From Eledone cirrhosa (taxonomy: Eukaryota), in the NCBI GenBank assembly GCA_964016885.1, contig OZ024740.1:111724001-111788000 (forward strand): a stretch of 64,000 nt of DNA, in the 5' to 3' direction. The translations under genes were made by a program, and so were the position numbers. The notes beneath the pieces were generated by a model. The model was not told where the DNA came from. It saw only the letters and a list, made by a program, of their open reading frames with translations, and ran no database searches. Of this stretch, positions 56,014 to 64,000 are shown one piece after another. Position 1 is the first letter of the stretch. Each line of letters starts with the position of its first letter.

Positions 56014-56970
56014 CTAGCAGCAGTACCCAATGTTGCCTGGGTAGGTAAAATAATATCCGCTTTGATGAAAAGGTGTTGATCCTAGCGACTGTGAGTTTCT
56101 TGAAAATCGGTCGTAAGTGTAGCAAATGGCGAAATGTTGAGTGAAATCGTATGGAATATGTGGGAGGTGGAAAACATCGTATTTTGAAGAGTTAAGCGGC
56201 TGCCACGCCGTCTCTGAAAAAAAAATGTAAAGCGCAAAGCTACTATAAGATGTGCAATGATAGGTTCTATCGTAGCATAAAAGTTAAACCAAATAAATTG
56301 ATTTATGTGTGAGGTGGAGCCGAAGTTTCGAATTTGAACGAAATCGGTTGAAAAATGTGGTAACTAGAGCCGAAAATGGGGAAATTTGTGCGAAAAGGTG
56401 GTATTTTCGAATATTTAAGTGGCTGCCACGCCGTTCCTGAACAAAAAGTCAAAAATGTAAAGCCACGTTAAGACGTGAACTAATCAGATCTATTGTAGTG
56501 TAAAATTTGAACAAAGTAGGTTGATTAATGTGGGGGTTAGAGACGAAAAAGTGGAGATTTGAGTCTAAAAGTGGTATTTTTGAATATTTAAGCGGCTGCC
56601 ACGCCGTCCCTGAAAAACAAATGCAAAATATAAAGCCATTACACGATATGCAATGATAAATTCTATTTTGCTTTAAAATTTGAACGAAATCGGTGGCAAA
56701 ATGTGGAAGCTAGAGCCAAAAATCTTATTTTTCGATACTCAAAAAAAGGTGACTTCCCTATCGATTTTTATCTGCAGAATGACCCCGGAATAAAAACAAA
56801 CGATACGCTAATACATAGAAAACACTCCCCGATGACTAATCTATGGACTTGTAAAGTTTCATGAAAATCGGTCGTAAGATGTAGGCCCCTATAGGTCATA
56901 CACAGACACACTCACACATACACGCGCGCGCGCGCGCGCACACACACATACTTAACTTTGTATATACAGA
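56014..56970 (-). mobile_element. Non-autonomous Helitron with three internal tandem units of about 175-220 bp
   Basis: The minus strand starts a|TCtgtatatacaaag and ends acccaggcaacattgggt hairpin, actgctgCTAG|t; ttaagcggctgccacgccgt recurs near 56192, 56414 and 56588. Confidence 0.85.
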
Positions 56971-57502
56971 TTTCTATTCCAGGGCCTTTTTACTCCTGCT
57001 GGAGGAACTCGTCCCTGGTTTACTTCCATCACTTTTTGTTCAATTTTGGTCATGTGAGGGTTCTAGCTTTCCGCTTGGCCAATTGCGGATTGGTGAGGCA
57101 AATTAACCCATAGTTAGAGTGGGTGGCTTATAAACAAAAACACACTATTATTGAACGAAACCTGAAGATTTGAATTTGAAGTCCCTTCCTCAACATTATT
57201 GAGGAAGGAATTTATGATCTTTCCCAACGCAAAAGCCAAACTCTGCAAGTAATAACAGTGTTCTAATCAGTAGGTGTCAATTATGTCATTAAATACTACA
57301 ACATATACAAAACTAATAGCACCATTAATTTTCTTACAAATAATTTCATGATAAGCAGTTCTTGGTGAGAAAATTAATGTTTCATATAAGTCAATCCGTT
57401 GCATTTTCTATGAACAAACCCACCCATAATATATATATATATATATTTTTTTTTCTATGAACAAACCCACCCATGTATAACAATATATATATATATATAT
57501 AT

Positions 57503-57853
57503 TGTTATACATGGGGAGGGTCATATTTGTGTAATATTGCCAGAATTAATAACAGAACGCTAAATAAAAATGGCGTAGACATACAATGTAACGGGAGGAA
57601 ACAATACCACCACTGACGATGTAGCAGATGTGCAACGAAAGAACTTTGATAAACTATATATATGTGTTTGTGTCTATATTGTATCTGTATTATTTTTGAC
57701 CGTCGGTCAGTCAATGGCAACATTGAGGACCGAATAAATTAGATTATCGATATAAAAGACAGAAGCGAAAAGCGAAAACCAACCAAACAGTGCGTGTGTT
57801 CTGTTATTAATTCTAGCAATATTACACAAATATGACCCTCCCCAAGTATAACA
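57503..57853. mobile_element. MITE with TGT...ACA termini, TIRs of about 56 bp and ATAT flanks (Ginger-like)
   Basis: tgttatacatggggagggtcatatttgtgtaatattgccagaattaataacagaac / gttctgttattaattctagcaatattacacaaatatgaccctccccaagtataaca; atat on both sides. Confidence 0.8.
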
Positions 57854-57896
57854 ATATTTGTTTCGACACACGATTTCACATAAAAACCTCGCAAAA

Positions 57897-57969
<73 letters not shown>

Positions 57970-58219
57970 TTAGAAAACAACAAGATGACGTAGATGTTTA
58001 AGTGCATAAAGAAGAGGAGGCACAAGAGAGAACAAATAGCCATTGAGGAGTTCACAGAATGTGTGAGGAAAGAGCTTTGACGAACGAATGAATACAAGCA
58101 ATAACGAACAATAAAGATAAATAGGAAATTATATGGTGCATGTGTTTCTTTTTCTTGGCAATACTGGCAAAATGACCATTACAAAATGTAACAATATACT
58201 TATATCTTCTAATTCGTTC

Positions 58220-58830
58220 GCGTATTGCTGTGTGGTTCGTGGAGGAAGAATCCTCACATATTCCTTCCAGCGGGTCCTGTCAGAAGCAACTGTCTCCAAC
58301 TGACCAGGCTGGATCCGCAAGCGAGACCAGCCAAACTCATTGATGTTATCCAACCAGGTTGCTTGGGGTCTACACCTAGGTCTCTAACCGGTTGGTTTTG
58401 CCCATATAATCTGTCCAGCGATTTTTTCCTGGGACATTCTTACCACATGCCCATAGTATCGGATCTGTCATCTCTCAATTCAGAGAAGTAGCGGCTCTAT
58501 CGTGTAACGTTGCTCCAAATGCCATCGGAGAAATCCTATTCCGGTCGCTCGTATTCGCGATCGTATTTTTTTCGGTCATTACCCAAGATTCATGAACATA
58601 GGTAAAGGTTGGTACGAATACTGAATTGAAGATAGCGAGTTTGGCTTTTACACCTACCTCCCTTCTTCTGATTAACGAATGCTGAATCTGACGAATTACT
58701 GCATCAGCTCCTGCAATTCTTGCACTTAATTCAGCCTCCTGTCTTCCATCACTCGTGAACATGGCACCGAAATACTTGAACTTCTCCACCTGTTTCAGTG
58801 TAACTCCATTCCCATGCAGTGTGGACTGCG
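58220..58830 (-). mobile_element. RTE-type LINE 3' fragment
   Basis: VEKFKYFGAMFTSDGRQEAELSARI...KAKLAIFNSVFVPTFTYVHESWVMT and GWSRLRI...ASDRTRWKEYV. Confidence 0.85.
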
Positions 58831-58834
58831 CAAG

Positions 58835-59095
58835 TTACTTCTCCGAATTGAGAGATCACAACACCGATACTATAAGCATGGGGTTAGAATGTCTCAGGAA
58901 AGAAACGTGGAACAGATTTTAACGGCGAAACCAACTGGCAGGAGACCCAGGGTAGGTCCCAAGTAAGAGGTTAGATAACATCCGTGAGTTTTGCTGGTCC
59001 TGCTTGGGGATCCAGTTGGAACAGTTGGGTTCTTCCCCCACGACTCTCTAAAGAAGAAGAAGAAGAAGAAGAAGAAGCAGAAGAAGAAGAAGAAA
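58835..59095 (+). mobile_element. Second RTE-type fragment of the same family, opposite orientation, followed by (GAA)n
   Basis: Diverged reverse complement of about 58295-58490. Confidence 0.75.
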
Positions 59096-59995
59096 TGAAT
59101 GTATACAGATAAGTAGGTATATATAAAAAATATATATGTATACATCCAAAATTATATTAAGGATGTCATGTCTGAGAATATCAGAATCATGCGCCATACC
59201 ACCTGTGGAATATGCTCCAAGTAGTAAATCCGAGATTAATCATTATTGCAAGGTATCTATATTCAAAGTTCTTGTTTAATTTTTAATATGTTACCCCCGT
59301 AACTATTTTATGGTTACACTCTTTACAAACTATCCCTGTAATTGTTTTATGTGTTTATTTTATATATATATATCATCCTACTTTTGATTTAATATATGTA
59401 TACATCTGTATTTACATCTACTAGGTTTAAAGGTCAGTGTTGTTTTTGAATGTCCTGTAAGTTAGAATTTCTCCCAATAGAGATCGATTAAATGCGTACC
59501 AAATCTAAAAAGAAAATAAGTACTTGGGTCGATATGATCAACTACATCCCCTCATTACAATGGTCCAAAATGGCCGCAGACAGTGACGGAAATATTAATA
59601 GAATCAAAAATGGATGTAGCGATATATCGCAATTTTTTTTTTCTTGATTGTATGCGGTGCTCTAACGCTTCTGCTTTGCATCGTCCTGAAAATAGTGTTA
59701 AATAATGTCATGTGTAGTTAAGAGTTCGATAAACTAGTGCTATGAATTCTATTTAAAATTTCGTTGAGGTGTATATTTTTGTTCGTCACTCTGACGTATC
59801 CTGCCAACTGGCAGAGTTTCCAAGTCTCATTTACACTTATGTAGGAGACGTACTATATCTCATTTACACTCATATAGGAGACGCAACTTGATATAGTAAT
59901 GTTAAGTGTTAAAGCTGAATAGACTATTTAATAGTACTCTATTCTAAAACGTTTTCAAAACTATTGATTATAAGTGTGCCTGAGGGCGGATATAT

Positions 59996-60028
<33 letters not shown>

Positions 60029-60029
<1 letters not shown>

Positions 60030-60320
60030 GTTATACTTGGGGAAGGTCATATTTGTGTAATAATATTGTCAGAATTAATAACAGAACACACTCACTGTTT
60101 GGTTGGTTTTCGCTTCTGTGTCTTTTATATCGGTTAATTTAATTTATTCGGTTCACAATGTTACCATTGACTGATCAACGGTCAAAAATACAGATATAAT
60201 ATAGACACAAACACATATATATAGTCTAGCAAAGTTCTTTCGTCGTTGCACATTTGCAACATCGTCAGTGGTGTTATTGTTTCCTCCCGCTGTATTGTAT
60301 GCTTACGCCATCTTTATTTA
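60029..60320. mobile_element. Second copy of the Ginger-like MITE, inverted and truncated at the Penelope element
   Basis: Diverged reverse complement of about 57560-57853; the second TIR is missing. Confidence 0.8.
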
Positions 60321-63300
60321 GTCTGTTTATTTATTTATTTATTTGTTTATTTTTTTGTCTTCTCTGCGCATACGTTTGCGTGTGTGTATAGTGTTTTGTT
60401 TGATGTGTGTTCGTGTTTGGGTGACTGTGTATTGGTTATTGTATTCTATCTTAGTTTACTAGTGTGTGTTTATATGTGTTTGTTGTTACTGTGCTTGTGT
60501 ATGTATTTGTTTATTTATTTATTTATTTATACTTCTCTCAGGCCAGTGTTGTTTGTTTGGGTGTTGTTGTTATTCCATTCATTTTTTCTGTATAGCCTTG
60601 GCCTTCTAAGTTCTATTTCGCTGGCCTCTTTGATTTACCTATCTGCTGGGTCATTTCTATGTTTAGATATTATTCTAATTTCTATGTTATCTATGTTACC
60701 GTCGTGTTGTTGTTTGGCATGTTTGTATAGTACTGAACCGTTTTTTCGTCCTTTTAGTTCCCCCCAGTGTTGGTCTATCATTTCACCTATGCTACGAGCT
60801 GTCTCGCCTATGTATGTTGTTGTAATGTTTCTGCAAGTACCCTCTGTACATCTTATGCTATAGACTACGTTTCTAGTTTTACAGTTTATCCGGGGGTTTA
60901 CTTTAAATATGATACATTTCCTATTAGTACAGTGGGTTTTCTTGAAAGGGTAGGTTTTGCTGATCAGGGATTTTATGGTGGTTCCTGGCTTTTCTACCAC
61001 CTTAATCTTTAAGTGGGTCTTTCTCAGGGCCGTTCTACACTGGTTAGCTAATTTCCTTCCAGGGGTAGCGTCCACAAACATGACACTCTGGTATCTCTGG
61101 TTATTGTACCATGAGGTGGCTTTCCCTATCTTATGTCTAGTCCTATCTAAGCTATTCCATGATTTGCTCCTGTATAATGGGAAAATTCCTTTCATGTCCA
61201 GTTCTATGAGGGTCTTATACTTCTCCGAGGCTCCTTCGTATACTCTGACTCTGTCTCTTTGGTTGTAGCCAGAGAACTGCATGCGGTTGATGAAGTGTTG
61301 GATGTGTCTTTCCATTTCTGTTGGGTCGCACATGTGGGACACGTTCTACATCACTCGTACCAAGTCTGCGATCAGAATATTAAACTTAGCACTACTGGAC
61401 ATTGCTGAGTTTTTGAGTATCAGGTATTTGGAGGCCATGGGTTTAGCATAGTGTGAGTGGAGAATATGGGCTCTCTCGTCTATAGTGTTAATCCAGAGTT
61501 CCGTATCTAATACAGGTAGTCTATTGTTAGGGTGTTTGGAAGGGTAGTCGATAGTTACAGTTATACACTGGTGTATGGAATTAGCTATCTGTTGGATGCT
61601 TTCCATTGTGCTACGTTCTAAATCAAACTTGTTAGTGCTCTCTTGTGTGGATGTCCTTATTACTATATTGATGTCGTCTACGTAACGAGAGTACATGATG
61701 AGGTCTATGGAGCTCTCATCAAGGAGATCTTTGAGTCTCCTTTCCCACCATACCATAAATAGGTTGGCAACGTCACCAGCTATGCTGACGCCAATGGCTG
61801 CTCCCTCGTTTTGATTGTAGATCTTCTCGTTGAATTTGAATATGTGGCCCTTTAGCGTAGTTTTGATACTAGCCCCTATTGCATGTGCGACCATTTTTCT
61901 TACCTGATCATTGTTTTGGGGGGGTCTGTATAGATTTGGTCCACCCAATCCACCTTCCCATGGGAGTCTTTTTAGCCATTGAGGTTAAGGTGGGGGTCTA
62001 CCTCTTATGGGTCTACTAGGGCAGAAACATCTAAGGTCTTGGCTGTCTAGGTAGTCAGTGTCGTAGGTAAGTCTAAATAGGAGGCCCAGTTCGTCTGTGT
62101 CGACGTCGCAGAACTCCACCTCACTCCCAATGATCATCTTCACACATTTTTCCACAGCAAAATCAATGTTAATGGATGGGTACAGTGATACCACATCCAT
62201 ACTGCCTATTATGCAGTTGGATAGGTTCCTGTTTTTGTTGCACTCACTGATTCTGCTGAAGAGGTCCTCTGTACTGTCACATACATCTGGGGCATCTTGA
62301 TTATGGGGCCTATAACCATTGAGAGGAAGTAGGAGATCCTATAGTTGCTAGCTATATTTGCTCCGCATACAGGTCTTGTTGGTGGTCCTGTTGTCGGGTC
62401 GTCGACTGTCTTGTGGTCTTTGCGGAGCCCATACAAGGTTGTCATGCCATTGTTAGACGCCTGGAAGTTGTTGGCAGTGCGTCTGCTTGGCTTTAGGATG
62501 TCGGTCCACATCATCATGTGAGCGTTGAGGATTTTCTCTCTTCCATCATGTATTTGCTGTGCAATTTCGCTCGTGTTGGTGATGTGGGGTTGCATAGCCT
62601 TGATGTAGTTCGGCATGCTGTCTATTGACATCCTACCAGACTTATCCGTGGGTAAACATACTACCTCACCATCCCTTGTGCGCTGCTTGAATCTAACCAA
62701 GCCTTCTACAGGTTTCCTCCAAAGTTGTTGGACCTCTGGTCTGCTCTGTCTCTTAGTATACCAGTCTACTATTTGTCTAATCTTATTTCTAGCTATGGTG
62801 AACTGTGCCTCTGTCTCGTCATCTATTTGTTGTGGTATGCAAACCCTTTTATTAAAGGGTAACCTCATAGGATAGATATTACCCATCTTATATGTTTTGT
62901 CGGCTGGGTTGAAGAATAGTTTCTCTAAGCGGTTGTCATTATATTTATTGTCATAGTTGTGTGTGTTGCTATTATTGTTATTATGGTGGTTGTTGTTGTT
63001 CCTATCATTAGCATTATTATTATTGTTATGGTTGCTAGATGTATTGTTCCTGTGATAGTTAGATGTATTGTTGTTGTTTTCTCCACCGTTATTGTTGTTG
63101 TTACTGTTATTTCTACCATTGTGGTTGTTACTTTTATTATGTTTCTTGTTTTTGTTATTGTGTCTATCATTAATGTTGCTACATATATTATTTCTATTAT
63201 TACCACTGTGGTTGTTGTTGTTACTCGTATTGTTACCGTTATCACTACTGTGGTTGCTGCTGCTGTGCCTGTAGTTAATGTTTTTATTATTTTTTTCTTT

Positions 63301-64000
63301 CTTTTCTTATATAAATAATAAAAATATTTACACGCACAAAACCCACATCGTACCGTCCTGTTCCGTCTGTGATGTTTTTCTTGATGTCAGCCCTTGTGGC
63401 CAATAAAGAAATCATTATTATTATTATTGTGGTTGTTATTGTTGTTCTGTCTATCGTTAATATTATTACCATTATTACTACTTCTCACTCTCCTGCTATT
63501 GTTATTGTTATGACTATTACTATTATAGCTGTTATTTCTATACTCAGAGTTATTGTTTATATTACTACTACCGTTATTATTGTTGTTGACCGTATAGTTG
63601 TTGTTGTTGTTTACTTTTGCATTCCAACGTATTTTTGTGAAACACTTTTCCAGGTCCGTTTTGCACTCGATAGGGTTAATCTTTTTGTAGATGGCAAATC
63701 TTGGTGGTAGCTGCAGAATTTGTTGTTCTTGTTCACTGATTAAAGTGTTCCCATAAATATTTACTGTGTGGTCATTGGTAAATTCTTCCGGTAGTTCTAC
63801 ATCAGTCATACGGATATTGTTGATGTTATCTGGGTATTTTTGTGAATATTCTATTTTTCTTTCTTCTAGTTTTTTCTTATTCATCCATTCTAATTTCTTA
63901 TTGAAATGCCTATTACATTCGTTTCGGGCGTATTTCGTTTAACATCGGATGACGCTCATGAAGTCATCCCTTTCGTTTGGTGTGGTGAGATTTTGGACTT
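60321..64000 (-). mobile_element. Large disrupted Penelope-like retroelement (RT plus C-terminal GIY-YIG), running off the window
   Basis: LPPRFAIY, CLPTDKSGR, LYGLRKDHK, PPTRPVCGA, MDVVSLYPS, IGVSIAG, YSRYVDD, LPVLD, HYAKPMAS, CKTRNVVYSIRC...YIGETARS; several stops and frameshifts. Confidence 0.92.
63283..63428 (+). mobile_element. Tx1-related 3'-end fragment inserted in the Asn-coding tract of the PLE ORF
   Basis: Near-identical reverse complement of 38254-38390; ends ggccaataaagaaatcattattatt. Confidence 0.85.

Noticed and set aside
60560-61342. Possible selenocysteine recoding, as reported for Naiad PLEs
   Set aside because: The stops I checked are TAA and TAG, and I saw no in-frame TGA at Cys positions of the zinc-finger/GIY-YIG region

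Overview
AT-rich, microsatellite-dense animal DNA with no recognisable host protein-coding exon, so probably intronic or intergenic. The SINE families resemble those I recall from octopod cephalopods (inference, no database search). The window is a patchwork of simple repeats, minisatellites and decayed mobile elements. These include a full-length but disrupted L1/Tx1-clade LINE (38.5-44.1 kb, minus) sitting in the (TAA)n tail of an R4/Dong-type fragment, a large disrupted Penelope-like element (PLE; RT plus GIY-YIG, 60.3-64 kb, minus), smaller PLE, RTE and CRE fragments, Helitrons, MITEs and SINEs. The most striking unannotated signal is a dispersed set of type I hammerhead-ribozyme motifs: four keep the CUGANGA/GAAA/NUH core, and several more are decayed. 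They share a short palindromic stem III, an NUA cleavage triplet and an unusually long stem II. They lie in short non-coding modules between microsatellites, and two nearby modules have PLE/retrozyme-like partial-tandem plus inverted architecture. Nearly all long ORFs in the supplied track are microsatellite artefacts. Coordinates were read by eye; the boundaries of decayed elements are approximate.
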